This document shows positions 1 to 9,560 of a stretch of DNA of 34,973 bases, one piece after another. This stretch comes from Armatimonadota bacterium (GTDB lineage Bacteria > Armatimonadota > SYMT01): the NCBI GenBank assembly GCA_046292385.1, contig JBKBRF010000063.1, positions 1 through 34,973 on the forward strand, read 5' to 3'. Below the pieces are notes generated by a model, which saw nothing but the letters and a program-made list of their open reading frames with translations, was not told the DNA's origin and made no database searches. The position numbers and the translations under genes are program-made. Every line of letters starts with the position of its first letter. Position 1 is the first letter of the stretch.

Positions 1-24
1 AGGACGGTAGGGCCGCTCTTCCTC

Positions 25-290
25 ACCGGCAGAACCTACGCTGCGCTCCGTGCGCCCCAACCTTACAGCGTGCGACACCAGCCACCGCACTCCACAGACT
101 GCACCGCGGCAGTCTCCCTTTGGACGTCAGGGAATCTTTCCCGTTGTGGCCTGTGGAGTGCGAATGCTTGCCCCCAGTACGGGGGGCTCGCTTTCGCGTC
201 CCGCGCCAGCGGGACACCGGAGCAGCCTCCCGATTTCCGCATCAGTAACTGCGCCCAGACGCGATCACAGGAGCCGTCCTTCGCCGCCCC
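25..290 (-). repeat. Structured REP/REPIN-like element, copy 1 (inverted relative to copy 2 at the window end)
   Basis: CGCACTCCACAG (86-97) and CTGTGGAGTGCG (151-162) form a 12-bp inverted repeat with a 53-bp spacer. The reverse complement aligns by eye with ~34722-34963. Outer limits are approximate. Confidence 0.8.
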
Positions 291-416
291 CTGCGGCTGC
301 GCCTCTGGGCACCGCCGAGTTGGCGCCGGCTGAACCTGCTCGGCTTCGCGTTGATGGAAGTGCGGCACCTGCTCCAGGGCTGAGCACGATGGGCGCGGAG
401 AGGTCGGCCGCTCGAG

Positions 417-2102
417 CTACTCGAGGCGGCTGAAGCGGTCCGAGATGCGGTTGTCGCCGGTCTGGCCCTGGGCGTAGCCGAGGTAGCGGTGCGCCTGCTC
501 GTGGTGCGGATCCAGCGCGAGCGCCTTCTTGAGCTGAAACTCCGCTTCCGGCATGCGGCCCGCCTCGTAGTAGGCGATGCCGGCGGTGACGCAGCGCTCC
601 ACTTCGGCGGTCCGCAGGCGCTCGGCGATCTCGTCGGCGGGGTCGAGCCGCTGGGCCTGCTGCCAGAGCGCAGACGCGCTGAGGATGTCGCCCTCGGCCT
701 GGCGCTCGTCGCCCAGCGCCACCAGGGCGGCCGCCTGCTCCGCGCGAAGGCGGAGGAGACGCTCCCGCACTTCCCGGCGCGCCGGGTCGAGCCGGAGGAC
801 CTCCTGCCAGGCCGCGGACGCCTCTTCCCAGGCGCGCGACTCCTCGAGCCGCTCCGCGCGCGAGGTCAGGCCCGCCAGGGCGCGCTCCCGCAGCTCCAGC
901 CGCTCCCGGAAGAGCCCCTCGTCCCACGGGGCGAGGGAGAGCGCGGCATCGAGCGCGGCGATGGCGGCGGAGTAATCGGCCGACTCCTCGGCAGAGCGGG
1001 CCTCCGCGCGGCAGACCTCCACGCGCCGCCGCTCCACGTCCGCCAGCAGGTCCGCAGCTTCGAGGTCGTGCGGCGCGGCGTGGAGCACCGCCCGCAGGCC
1101 GGTGTGGGCGCTCTCCAGGTCTCCCATCTCCGCGGCGGCCATCGCGGCGCGGCGGTCGCTGTCGATCCGGCCGACGCCGCCGTACCCGCCCGCCTCCGAA
1201 AGCTCCACGCTGAAGGCGGAGGTGGAGCCGTTCGCGAGCGTCACCACCAGGTGCCGCGCGTCCGAGCTGAGACAGACGCCGGTCGGCCGGGACTCGAGAT
1301 CGAGCTCCCAGACCGGCGAGCCGTCCGGACCGAGGCAGGTCAGCAGGTGCGTGGTGTCATCCGAGACGACCGCGGCGACCCACCGCCCCTCCGCGTCGGT
1401 CGCGACGGCGCGGACCGGCAGCCCGACCGCGCTCTTCCAGCGGATCCCGCCGTCCGCATCGATGAAGAGCACGGAGCCCGCCTCCGTGCCGACCGCACAG
1501 GCGGCACCCTGGTCCGGCTTGGCAAGCGCGGTAACCGGCTCGGAGAGCATCGACTCCCAGACGGTGGTGCGGCGGAGGTCGAGCGCCAGCACGGTGCCGT
1601 TCTGGAGGCCCGCGGCCAGGTGCTGGCCGTCCCGGGAGATCGCCACGCGGTTCACCGGGGCGGGAAGCTGCCGGTTCCACCCGAGGCGGCCGTTCACGTC
1701 GCCGAGCGAGACGGCGTGGTGCGCCATCAGGGCGTCCGAGAAGCCGCAGACGAAGTACCCGGCCTCACCCGCCAGGCAGGCGTCGGCATAGACCACCCGC
1801 CGGTCCGCCATGAACCGGACCTTACGCGACTCCCGGAAGAGGTAGATGTCGTCGTCCGTCATGCCGAGCAGGAGACGGCCGTCCGGCAGTCCATCGAACT
1901 TCCGGACGGTCTCCACGGAGACGGCGCCCAGCTCCGCCTCGTCACCCTCGGGCGAGATGGAGAGCACCTGGTAGGTGCGGGTCTCGAACTCGTCCGGGCG
2001 GATCAACAGCGCCCGCCCGGACTCGTCGAGGCTGTGAAGGGCTACGGGCAAGAGACCGCGGTAGCGCTTCTTCCAGAGCAGATTGACGGAGGAGAGGCTC
2101 AT
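417..2102 (-). CDS. Cytoplasmic WD40/PQQ-like beta-propeller protein with C-terminal TPR region
   Basis: Repeated blades (VNRVAISRDGQHLAAG, VRAVATDAEGRWVAA, GVCLSSDARHLVV) followed by TPR-like helices (AWQEVLRLDP, LKKALALDPHHEQAHRYLG). No signal peptide. Ends in DRFSRLE. Confidence 0.8.
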   Translation of the reverse strand: MSLSSVNLLWKKRYRGLLPVALHSLDESGRALLIRPDEFETRTYQVLSISPEGDEAELGAVSVETVRKFDGLPDGRLLLGMTDDDIYLFRESRKVRFMADRRVVYADACLAGEAGYFVCGFSDALMAHHAVSLGDVNGRLGWNRQLPAPVNRVAISRDGQHLAAGLQNGTVLALDLRRTTVWESMLSEPVTALAKPDQGAACAVGTEAGSVLFIDADGGIRWKSAVGLPVRAVATDAEGRWVAAVVSDDTTHLLTCLGPDGSPVWELDLESRPTGVCLSSDARHLVVTLANGSTSAFSVELSEAGGYGGVGRIDSDRRAAMAAAEMGDLESAHTGLRAVLHAAPHDLEAADLLADVERRRVEVCRAEARSAEESADYSAAIAALDAALSLAPWDEGLFRERLELRERALAGLTSRAERLEESRAWEEASAAWQEVLRLDPARREVRERLLRLRAEQAAALVALGDERQAEGDILSASALWQQAQRLDPADEIAERLRTAEVERCVTAGIAYYEAGRMPEAEFQLKKALALDPHHEQAHRYLGYAQGQTGDNRISDRFSRLE

Positions 2103-2192
2103 GCTGGCAAGACTAAGGATGGAAGAGGGAAGAAGAAAGACTCTCTACGCCTCTACTGAACGGGATGGAGCGCGTACGGTTTCGCGGCGGCA

Positions 2193-3191
2193 CTACTCTT
2201 GCGGCTCGGCCACCCGCTCCAGGCGAAAGATGCGATGGTTGCCGGTGTCCGCCAGGTAGACCGTGCCATTCCGGGAGACGGCGATGCCGGAAGGGCCGGA
2301 GAACGAGCCGAGGCCCGGCGCGGAGTCGATGAGCTGCAGGCAGGCGCCGCGCGCATCCAGGATCTGGAGACGGTCGTTCCCGGCCTCCACCACGTAGATC
2401 CGGCCTTCGTCGTCGATCGCCAGGTCCTGCGGCTCTCCGAACTGGCCCGGCCCGCGTCCCGGCCCGCCGATCACCCGCTCCGGCTGGCCGGACGGCGTGA
2501 AGACGAGGAGGATGCCGCGGGCGCGGTCGGCCACGTAGAGCCGGCCGCTGCGGTCGACCGCCACCCCCTGCGGGCTTCCGAAGTAGGCGCCGCCGGTGGG
2601 GGACTGCGCGATCAGGGCGAGCGGCTGCCCGTAGCGCGCCCAGCGGGTGACCCGGCGGTTGCCGGTATCCGCGATGTAGAGGCTGCCGCACGGCCCGAGC
2701 GTGATGCCGGAGGGAGCGCGGAGCTGCGAGAGACCGCCCCCGGGGGCGCCGAACGTGCCGAGGCACTCTCCCTGTGCGGTGAACGCCTGTACCCGGCAGT
2801 TGCCCTGCTCCAGGACGAAGATCCGGTACTCCGCGTCGACGATGACCGCCTGGGGGTTCAGAAACTGGCCGTCCCGCTGCCCGCGGCTGCCGAGCGGGGC
2901 GACGTCGCCCTGCGGGCTGATCCGCTGGATCCGGTGGTTGTACGAGTCGGCGACGTACAGGTTGCCGGATAGATCGACCGCCAGCCCGCCCGGAGCGGAG
3001 AACTCCCCGTAGTTGGTGCCGTAGCCGCCGATGATCTCGACGATCTGCCACTCCGGCTCGGCCGCGGGAGCGGACGGCGCCGCGGGCGCGTAGCCGGCGG
3101 ACGCAGGGGATGGGGCGGCAGGGGGTGGGGGGACGCGGCGCGGGGGACGCGCGTCCCCGATCTCCAGAAAATCGAACCGGTTATCGGACAT
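2193..3191 (-). CDS. NHL-repeat (6-bladed beta-propeller) protein with Pro/Ala-rich N-terminal linker
   Basis: Six NHL repeats (FSAPGGLAVDLSGNLYVADSYNHRIQ and similar). Start is ATG at 3191 or GTG at 3197. Begins MSDNRFDFLEI. Confidence 0.88.
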   Translation of the reverse strand: MSDNRFDFLEIGDARPPRRVPPPPAAPSPASAGYAPAAPSAPAAEPEWQIVEIIGGYGTNYGEFSAPGGLAVDLSGNLYVADSYNHRIQRISPQGDVAPLGSRGQRDGQFLNPQAVIVDAEYRIFVLEQGNCRVQAFTAQGECLGTFGAPGGGLSQLRAPSGITLGPCGSLYIADTGNRRVTRWARYGQPLALIAQSPTGGAYFGSPQGVAVDRSGRLYVADRARGILLVFTPSGQPERVIGGPGRGPGQFGEPQDLAIDDEGRIYVVEAGNDRLQILDARGACLQLIDSAPGLGSFSGPSGIAVSRNGTVYLADTGNHRIFRLERVAEPQE

Positions 3192-3289
3192 TACCACCTC
3201 TGCCGCCCACGGTCTGCCACTCCCTGCCTAGATCCGCCGGCGCCGAGCCACCGCCCACAGGGCAGGCACCAGGTCTCCTGGAGAAGGAC

Positions 3290-3751
3290 CTACTCGGCTG
3301 CCGCCAGCGCTCCCGCGCGCAAGTCGGAGGTGCAGTGGGCGCAGCGAGTGGCCTCCAGCGGGATCGCAGACAGACAGTACGGACAGTTCTTCGTCTTCGT
3401 CTCTTCCGCCTGCTCCGCCGGCTGGCGGCGCAGACGGTTGATGCTGCGCACCAGCAGAAACACCGCAAAGGCGACGATCAGAAACTCCAGCACCGTGTTG
3501 ATAAAGGCGCCGTAGGCGACCACCGGCGCCCCCGCGGCCTTCGCCGCCGTCAGCGAGGGGTACGACTGGCCGTTCAGCGGCGCGAACAGGTCGGAGAAGT
3601 CGACCCGGCCGAGCAGCAGCCCGATCGGCGGCATGATGACGTCGTTCACCAGGGACGTGACGATCTTACCGAATGCCGCGCCGATGATGATGCCGATCGC
3701 CAGGTCGAGCACGTTCCCCTTGAGGGCGAACTCCTTGAATTCCTTAAAGAT
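3290..3751 (-). CDS. mscL: Large-conductance mechanosensitive channel MscL with C-terminal Cys4 zinc ribbon
   Basis: [40 protein letters not shown] and [16 protein letters not shown] motifs; CPYC...CAHC tail. Start placed at ATC 3751 behind SD GAGGAG (ORF track uses GTG 3796). Confidence 0.93.
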   Translation of the reverse strand: MFKEFKEFALKGNVLDLAIGIIIGAAFGKIVTSLVNDVIMPPIGLLLGRVDFSDLFAPLNGQSYPSLTAAKAAGAPVVAYGAFINTVLEFLIVAFAVFLLVRSINRLRRQPAEQAEETKTKNCPYCLSAIPLEATRCAHCTSDLRAGALAAAE

Positions 3752-3908
3752 ACGCCGCTCCTCTCGCCGCGCGCCGCGGCACGGCCTCGCCGTCACCTCC
3801 GCCTGACCGGCGAGGCAGTTGGCACACCGTCAGGCTTCCTCGCACCGGAGCCGATCTAACGAGAAGTTTGACTGCGCGGGCCGCCGCATTCCTCTTCAGG
3901 CGGCCGGG

Positions 3909-3978
3909 GGAGGCCGCCGGGCCGGAGGCCGCCGGGCCGGAGGCCGCCGGGCCGGAGGCCGCCGGGCCGGAGGCCGCC
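3909..3978. repeat. Perfect 15-bp tandem repeat (GGAGGCCGCCGGGCC) x4 plus a partial copy
   Basis: Units at 3909, 3924, 3939 and 3954; partial unit 3969-3978. No spacers. Confidence 0.95.
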
Positions 3979-4005
3979 CCGCGGCGAAACTCCGCTCCGG
4001 CAGCT

Positions 4006-4020
4006 GGGCTTCCGCCCTAC
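4006..4020 (-). repeat. GTAG-type REP-like palindrome
   Basis: Minus strand reads GTAGGGCGGAAGCCC: GTAG tetramer overlapping a GGGC-GGAA-GCCC hairpin. Single copy in the window. Confidence 0.35.
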
Positions 4021-4289
4021 CGCCCGATGAACGTGGAACCACAGGCTGGTCTCACTGAGCTCTACTTCTCTGGGCCCGTGCATGTACGGAACGTTTGTAG
4101 AAGAGGATGAGCGCATCAATCTGAGAAACGACTGACAAGCAAGTGGATCTTCGGACGTCCTGGAGGTCTGGGAAACATTGAAGCTGAACGCGAGGCTGAC
4201 GCAGCGCCCGCATCCTTCGTTCGAGAGCACTCCCGGCCGTTGCATGCCGACGCTGACGGGACACCGACCTCGTAGACCGGGAGGCGACC

Positions 4290-4697
4290 GTGCCCTGGGA
4301 CTGCAACGACCACGAATACCGGAACGTGCTCGGACTGGATGCTCGTGGGAGGTACGAGTATTTCATTCATAAGGTGGCCGACTGGCAGGAGGTCTGGGGA
4401 CTTCGCAGGCAGGCCGGCTGGGTGACGTTCGGACATCCGGATGGAGGCGAAGGCTTCCCGTTCTGGCCGCACCCGCGGTATGCCGAAGCCTGCGCCACCG
4501 GTGATTGGAGTGACCACCTGCCCGAGTCGATCCCGCTGGACGCATTCGTGGAGCGCTGGCTGCCGGGGATGGCCGCGGACGGGCTGAAGGTGGCCGTATT
4601 CCCCGTCCCGGAGACCAACAACGCGGCCGTACTCGCGCCCGAGACGCTGAAGGCCGACCTGGAAGAGGAGCTGCTAAAGTACGAGGGCGAGGTGTGA
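4290..4697 (+). CDS. DUF2750-like protein
   Basis: RYEYFIHKVADWQEVWGL...FPFWP...A..CATGDW....P..I.LD.F.E.WLPGM pattern; SD GGGAGG before GTG. Confidence 0.75.
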   Translation: MPWDCNDHEYRNVLGLDARGRYEYFIHKVADWQEVWGLRRQAGWVTFGHPDGGEGFPFWPHPRYAEACATGDWSDHLPESIPLDAFVERWLPGMAADGLKVAVFPVPETNNAAVLAPETLKADLEEELLKYEGEV

Positions 4698-4718
4698 CCA
4701 CCGCTTCGCGCGGCGGGG

Positions 4719-5543
4719 CTACGGCTCCGGCCAGGTGGCCTCGTAGACGAAGGCGGCGGGGCCGGTGAGGCGGAGGGAGAGGTCTTCCGCGATCTCCACG
4801 TGGAGGGTGCCGCCCTTCGAGGTGACGGCGACCCGCGCGCCGGTCTTGCCGAGGAGGTGGGAGACGACCGCCGCCGCGGCGGAGCCGGTGCCGCAGGCGA
4901 GCGTCTCTCCGGCGCCGCGCTCCCAGATGCGCAGGCGGATCTGCTCCGGGGAGTCAACCTCCGTCCACATAATGGAGGTGCGCTCCGGGAAGAGCGGGTG
5001 GTGCTCGATCTGCGGGCTTAACCGGGCGAACTGGTCCGGCTCCGGGATGCCGTAGATCACGGTGTGCGCGGTGCCGGTGGAGACGGAGTGGACCTCCAGC
5101 CGGGTGCCGTCGACCTCCAGCGGCAGCCGCAGCGCGTCCGGGCCGTCGTGGAGTACCGGCACGGCGGCGGGGGAGAGCTCCGCGCGGCCGAGGTCGGTGG
5201 TGACGGAGACCTCGCGGCCGCCGGTGTCGTGGACCTCCACCGCGCGCACCCCGGAGAGCGTCTCCACGCGGAACTCCGGCCGGGAGACCAGGCTGCGGCG
5301 GTAGGCGTAGAGCGCCAGGCAGCGGAGGCCGTTGCCGCACTCGTCTTCGGTGCCGTCCGGATTGTACATCCGCATCCGGATGTCGGCGACGGTCGACGGG
5401 AGCGCCACCAGGACGCCGTCCGACCCCGCCCCAAAGTGCCGGCTGGAGAGCGCGGGGGCGAGTGCCGCCCAGACCCGCTCCGCGCCTTCGACGACGACGA
5501 AGTCGTTCCCGGCACCCTGCATCTTGCTGAACGAAAAAGCCAT
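4719..5543 (-). CDS. dapF: Diaminopimelate epimerase
   Basis: FSKMQGAGNDF, GSDG, YNPDG..CGNG and WERGAGETLACGTG motifs. ATG at 5543 lies 5 nt after the AAA ATPase stop codon. Confidence 0.95.
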   Translation of the reverse strand: MAFSFSKMQGAGNDFVVVEGAERVWAALAPALSSRHFGAGSDGVLVALPSTVADIRMRMYNPDGTEDECGNGLRCLALYAYRRSLVSRPEFRVETLSGVRAVEVHDTGGREVSVTTDLGRAELSPAAVPVLHDGPDALRLPLEVDGTRLEVHSVSTGTAHTVIYGIPEPDQFARLSPQIEHHPLFPERTSIMWTEVDSPEQIRLRIWERGAGETLACGTGSAAAAVVSHLLGKTGARVAVTSKGGTLHVEIAEDLSLRLTGPAAFVYEATWPEP

Positions 5544-5548
5544 CCGGC

Positions 5549-7087
5549 CTACCCCAGCAGCGCCGGCTCGTCCAGCGGCTCCACTTCCACCGGCGAGGCG
5601 GCGGTGTCGGTGGAGGCGGGGCGAGCGCGGGTGCTGGCCCAGAGGCGCAGGGCGTCGATCTGCTCCTTCATCGTGCGGCTCAGCGGCACGGAGGTGCGGA
5701 CGTTCTCCAGCACGTCGTCGGTGGTAATGTCCCGCCCCGCGTCGAAGGCGTCGAAGAGCGCCGCCACGATCGCCTGCTCGATCTCCGCGCCGCTGTAGCC
5801 GCGGCTGGCGGCGGCGAGCTTCCGGAGGTCGAAGTCTTCCGGCTTGCGCTTCCGCTTTCGGAGGTGGATCGCGAAGATCTCCGCGCGCTCGTCCTCGCCG
5901 GGGAGGTCGACGAAGAAGATCTCGTCGAAGCGGCCTTTCCGCATCAGCTCCGGCGGCAGGTCCTCGATCCGGTTGGCGGTGGCGACCACGAACACGGGCG
6001 CGGTCTTCTCCTGCAGCCAGATGATGAAGCTGGCGAAAACGCGGGCGGTGGTGCCGCCATCGCTGAAGCCGCTCGACTGCGTCCCCGCGAAGCCCTTCTC
6101 CAGCTCGTCCAGCCAGAGGATACAGGGCGCGATCGACTCCGCCATCCGGATCGCGCGCCGCATGTTCTCTTCGCTCTGGCCGACGAACCCGCCGAAGATC
6201 TTGCCGACGTCGAGCCGCAGCAGCGGGAGCTGCCACTGGCTGGCGACCGCCTTGGCGGAAAGGCTCTTGCCGCAGCCCTGGACCCCGAGGAGCAGGATTC
6301 CCTTCGGGTTCGGCAGGCCGAACTCCCGCGCGCGCTGGCCGAACGCCTGCGTCCGCTTCTCCATCCAGCCCTTCAGCACGTCGAGGCCGCCGACGTCTTT
6401 GATCCCCTCGTCCGCGCGGTAGTACTCCAGCATCCCGCTCTTGCGGATGATCTGCTCCTTCTCCGTGAGGATCGTGTCGACGTCGAACCGCCGCTTCTCC
6501 ACCAGGCTCCGCGCGAAGACGTTCTCCGCCTCGTTCGCCGTCAGGCCCAGCGCCGCTTCGAGGATGTGCTCCCGCTCGTCCGCGGTCAGGTCGGTCTTGA
6601 TCTGGGTGTTGTTCTTGACCGACTGGATGATGTTCTCGAGCAGGCGATCGAGGTCTTCCAGGCTGGGGAGGGAGTAGTCGACCACGGTGACTTCCTTCTC
6701 CAACTCCGGCGGCAGCTTGAGGGTCGGCGCCAGGATGATCACCGTCTTGTAGCTCGTCTTCAGCGAGTAGGTGAGGTCCCGGAGCCGCCGCGTGATCTCA
6801 GTATCGGTGATGAAGGCATGGAAGTCTTTGAGGACGAAGATGGCTGGGTCGGTGGAGCCCTCGATGAAGTCGAGCGCCGCCATCGGCTGGCGGGTCTGCT
6901 TGTCCCGCGCGGTGGGGGAGGAGACCAGGCCCTGGGTGACGGTCCAGACCAGCATCCGCTTGCCCCGATTGGAGCTGATCGCCCGGAGGGCGTCTTCCAC
7001 CCGCTTTTCTTCCCACGAGACGATATAGATCAGCGGGTAGCGCGCGCGGATGAGAGTTTCGAGCTCCTGGTCGACTTGGCTGGGCAT
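5549..7087 (-). CDS. Ycf46-like AAA+ ATPase
   Basis: N-terminal [18 protein letters not shown] and degenerate LKDFH module; Walker A GVQGCGKS; Walker [29 protein letters not shown]-terminal [18 protein letters not shown]. Confidence 0.92.
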   Translation of the reverse strand: MPSQVDQELETLIRARYPLIYIVSWEEKRVEDALRAISSNRGKRMLVWTVTQGLVSSPTARDKQTRQPMAALDFIEGSTDPAIFVLKDFHAFITDTEITRRLRDLTYSLKTSYKTVIILAPTLKLPPELEKEVTVVDYSLPSLEDLDRLLENIIQSVKNNTQIKTDLTADEREHILEAALGLTANEAENVFARSLVEKRRFDVDTILTEKEQIIRKSGMLEYYRADEGIKDVGGLDVLKGWMEKRTQAFGQRAREFGLPNPKGILLLGVQGCGKSLSAKAVASQWQLPLLRLDVGKIFGGFVGQSEENMRRAIRMAESIAPCILWLDELEKGFAGTQSSGFSDGGTTARVFASFIIWLQEKTAPVFVVATANRIEDLPPELMRKGRFDEIFFVDLPGEDERAEIFAIHLRKRKRKPEDFDLRKLAAASRGYSGAEIEQAIVAALFDAFDAGRDITTDDVLENVRTSVPLSRTMKEQIDALRLWASTRARPASTDTAASPVEVEPLDEPALLG

Positions 7088-7130
7088 GGCGGGTATCCGA
7101 GGCTGGGGCTAAGGAGAGGCGTACGGGGGC

Positions 7131-7160
7131 ATTATAGGAACGCACGCCTGCGCCTGACAA
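7131..7160 (-). promoter_or_regulatory. Sigma70-type promoter of the AAA ATPase-dapF unit
   Basis: Minus strand TTGTCA-N18-TATAAT, with the -10 box about 45 nt upstream of ATG 7087. Confidence 0.7.
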
Positions 7161-7238
7161 GGAAGCGCCCTTCCCCGTTCGACACGCGCGCACGCACCTC
7201 TTTCTCTAACGCGGCCCGGCCGCGGAGGATCCGCAACG

Positions 7239-8036
7239 ATGCGCCCGAACCCCCTAAAACGGAAGCTGCTCCAGGACCAGATCGGCCTCGGCCTGATCAT
7301 GCTCTCCGCCGACCCCCACGTGGTCGGCATCTCCGCCGGCGCGGGGTACGACTACGTGATGCCGGACATGGAGCATACCGGCCTCACCCTGCGCGAGCTG
7401 GAGGGGCTGGTCCGCGCCGCCGACGCCGCCGGAATCGCGTGCGTGGCCCGCGTCCCCGGCTCCACCAAAGCGGATATCCTCGGCGCGCTGGAGGCAGGCG
7501 TCCACGGGATCATGGTCCCCGCGGTCGAGTCGGCGGAGGAAGCCGCGGCGGTGGTCCGCGCCGCCCGATACGGCCCGGAGGGCGCGCGCGGGGTCTACTA
7601 CCTTGGCTACGGCTCCGCCTATGGCGCCACTGCGCCCACCGACTACTTCCGCGCCGCCAACGAAGAGCTGCTGATCATCGTGCAGATCGAGACGGCGGAG
7701 GGAGTCGCTCGCGCCCGCGAGATCGCGGCGGTGCCGGGCGTCGACTGCCTCCTCGTCGGCCCCGGCGACCTGACGCAGTCGCTCGGCGTGGCGTGGCAGT
7801 TCGGGCACGACCGGGTCTGGTCCGCCATCCAGGAGACATTCCAGGCCGCCCGCACCGCGGGGAAGATCGCCGGGATCATGCCCGCCGGCCTGGATCACGC
7901 CGAGCAGTGCGTGGAAGCGGGCGCGAGAATGCTGATCTGGGGCCCGGACCTGGCACTCTTCCAGCGCGCCGCCCAGGAAGAAGCCGGCAAGGTGCAAGAG
8001 CGGCTGGGCTGGACGCCGAGGAAACCGAACCTGTAA
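7239..8036 (+). CDS. HpcH/HpaI-family class II aldolase
   Basis: DMEH, ARVP, GIMVPAVES, RYGPEGARG, QIET and VGPGDL motifs. Confidence 0.92.
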   Translation: MRPNPLKRKLLQDQIGLGLIMLSADPHVVGISAGAGYDYVMPDMEHTGLTLRELEGLVRAADAAGIACVARVPGSTKADILGALEAGVHGIMVPAVESAEEAAAVVRAARYGPEGARGVYYLGYGSAYGATAPTDYFRAANEELLIIVQIETAEGVARAREIAAVPGVDCLLVGPGDLTQSLGVAWQFGHDRVWSAIQETFQAARTAGKIAGIMPAGLDHAEQCVEAGARMLIWGPDLALFQRAAQEEAGKVQERLGWTPRKPNL

Positions 8037-8115
8037 GGAGATGTGGGGATGGGGGAACGGGGATGAGGGGGATGGGCGGCCCTCCGGGCCGGGCCTCCTA
8101 CTCCTTCTCCGACTC
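8032..8115 (+). repeat. GTAAG-initiated short-repeat element, copy A
   Basis: TGTAAG overlaps the aldolase stop codon, then a GGGGAT-type array and CTCCTACTCCTTCTC. Its reverse complement shares GCCCATCCCCCTCATCCCCGTTCCCC with copy C. Confidence 0.75.
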
Positions 8116-8270
8116 GGCCGGACAGCCGAAGCCGATGCGGCTTCCCGACGCAAGAGGTGCTGCATTCGGGCTTGCGGGTGAAAGCAGGAACCCCAACCGT
8201 TCAGGGTCAACCTGGGTGACGGTCGGACCAGAAGTAACGGGTGCTTCGGTACTGGCTCGAGGTGATGCCA

Positions 8271-9485
8271 ATGAGACCGGAAGCACTGCGGCTTCAGCTG
8301 CCGGAGGGAGCGACCGCCCAGGTCGAGCGGCTGGAGAAGGGAATCCGCGTCACGCTGCGTCCACAGGGACGGGAACGCTGGGCCGTAGTGGCTTTCCTCA
8401 GCCTCTGGATGATGGGCTGGGCCGCGGGCGAGCTTTCGGCACTCGACCGGATCCTTCCGTGGATCACCGGCTGGATCACCTCGAGCCCCTCTGCCGGCGA
8501 CGACGGGCCGCCGTGGTTCATGCTGTTCTGGACGACCTTCTGGACCTTCGGAGGCGTGGTGGCGGCGTCGATGGTGCTGCGCCTCGGCTTCGGCCGCGAC
8601 ACGATCGAGATCAGCCCGGACGGTTGGATACTCCGCCAGGGGGTGGGTCCCCTGGTCCGCCGTAGCGACATTTCCGCGGCGGATGTGGAGCGGGTGGAGC
8701 TGCTGGAGGACGACTCGAAGGAATCGGTGAGCTGCCAGGTTGGCGCCGAAAGCGTGCAACTGACCTCCTACGGCACCGCGACCGACCGTCGCTGGCTCTG
8801 CGACCTACTCCGCCGGGCCGCCGGCCTCACCTCCGAGTCGGAAACCGCCACGGATCCCGCTTCGATGCAGGACGAGCTCGTCTCGAGCACGCCTTATCGG
8901 ACGGCACGGGCGGGAAAGCGGATCGATCCCCTGCGCGAAGGCGCGGTGGAGCTGCCGCCCGGCTGGCAGGCGGCGCACTCGCCGGAGGGTGAGTGGGTGC
9001 TAAGCCGCACCGCCGGTCACTACCTGGCGTCCGCGGCGGGACTGCTCTTCATCAACCTGTTCTGGAACGGGATCGTCGGCGTCTTCGTCGCGGTCGGCGC
9101 GGGATCGACGGGCGGGAGCTACGAGGGGCCGGGCCTGATGCGACCGGGCGCCATCGGCTACTGGCTCTTCCTGACCCCCTTCGTCGCCATCGGCCTGGCG
9201 ATGTTCGCCGGCCTGGTCTGGACGGTCTTCGGACGGGAAGAGTGGCGCCTTCGCCGGAACCGGGTGGAGCACCGCAAGTGGCTGCCGGGCTGGAGCCGCA
9301 CGCGGGAGTATCGCGACGGGAGAGTCGCGCTGTCACGCGGCTCGTCGGAGAGCTACACGCTCCGCATCGAGGCCGGGGAAGACCAGGCTCAAGTGCATAT
9401 CGCCACCGATCCGGCACCGGTCCGTGTCCTGGGCGCCTACTTCGCCCGGCATACCGGCTGGCCGCTTGAAGAGAGCGAAGACTGA
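8271..9485 (+). CDS. Hypothetical membrane protein with two duplicated [2TM + beta-rich] modules
   Basis: Four hydrophobic helices in two pairs, each pair followed by FGRD/FGRE and a beta-rich segment. SD GAGGTG 6 nt before ATG 8271. Confidence 0.75.
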   Translation: MRPEALRLQLPEGATAQVERLEKGIRVTLRPQGRERWAVVAFLSLWMMGWAAGELSALDRILPWITGWITSSPSAGDDGPPWFMLFWTTFWTFGGVVAASMVLRLGFGRDTIEISPDGWILRQGVGPLVRRSDISAADVERVELLEDDSKESVSCQVGAESVQLTSYGTATDRRWLCDLLRRAAGLTSESETATDPASMQDELVSSTPYRTARAGKRIDPLREGAVELPPGWQAAHSPEGEWVLSRTAGHYLASAAGLLFINLFWNGIVGVFVAVGAGSTGGSYEGPGLMRPGAIGYWLFLTPFVAIGLAMFAGLVWTVFGREEWRLRRNRVEHRKWLPGWSRTREYRDGRVALSRGSSESYTLRIEAGEDQAQVHIATDPAPVRVLGAYFARHTGWPLEESED

Positions 9486-9560
9486 AAGGCGCCCGCCGCG
9501 AGCAGGCGAGCTCTCGATCCTGGTCAACGGACTCGGCCCGTCGCAATGCCTTTCAGTAGG

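Noticed and set aside
23..433. Short ORFs over the terminal repeat (also 34372-34854)
   Set aside because: The two repeat copies differ by indels and the ORFs show no recognisable protein motifs; conservation appears to be at the nucleotide-structure level.
3909..3978. CRISPR array
   Set aside because: The 15-bp units abut with no spacers and there are no cas genes; this is a simple tandem repeat.
4719..6236. 505-aa N-terminally extended DapF from the ORF track
   Set aside because: The extension is an alternative frame over the AAA ATPase gene; DapF homology begins at ATG 5543.
5864..8665. 933-aa ORF and other long shadow ORFs (489-2159, 14984-16558, 20960-22519, 27313-29613)
   Set aside because: Antisense or off-frame to well-supported genes, low in complexity and without motifs; typical of high-GC DNA.
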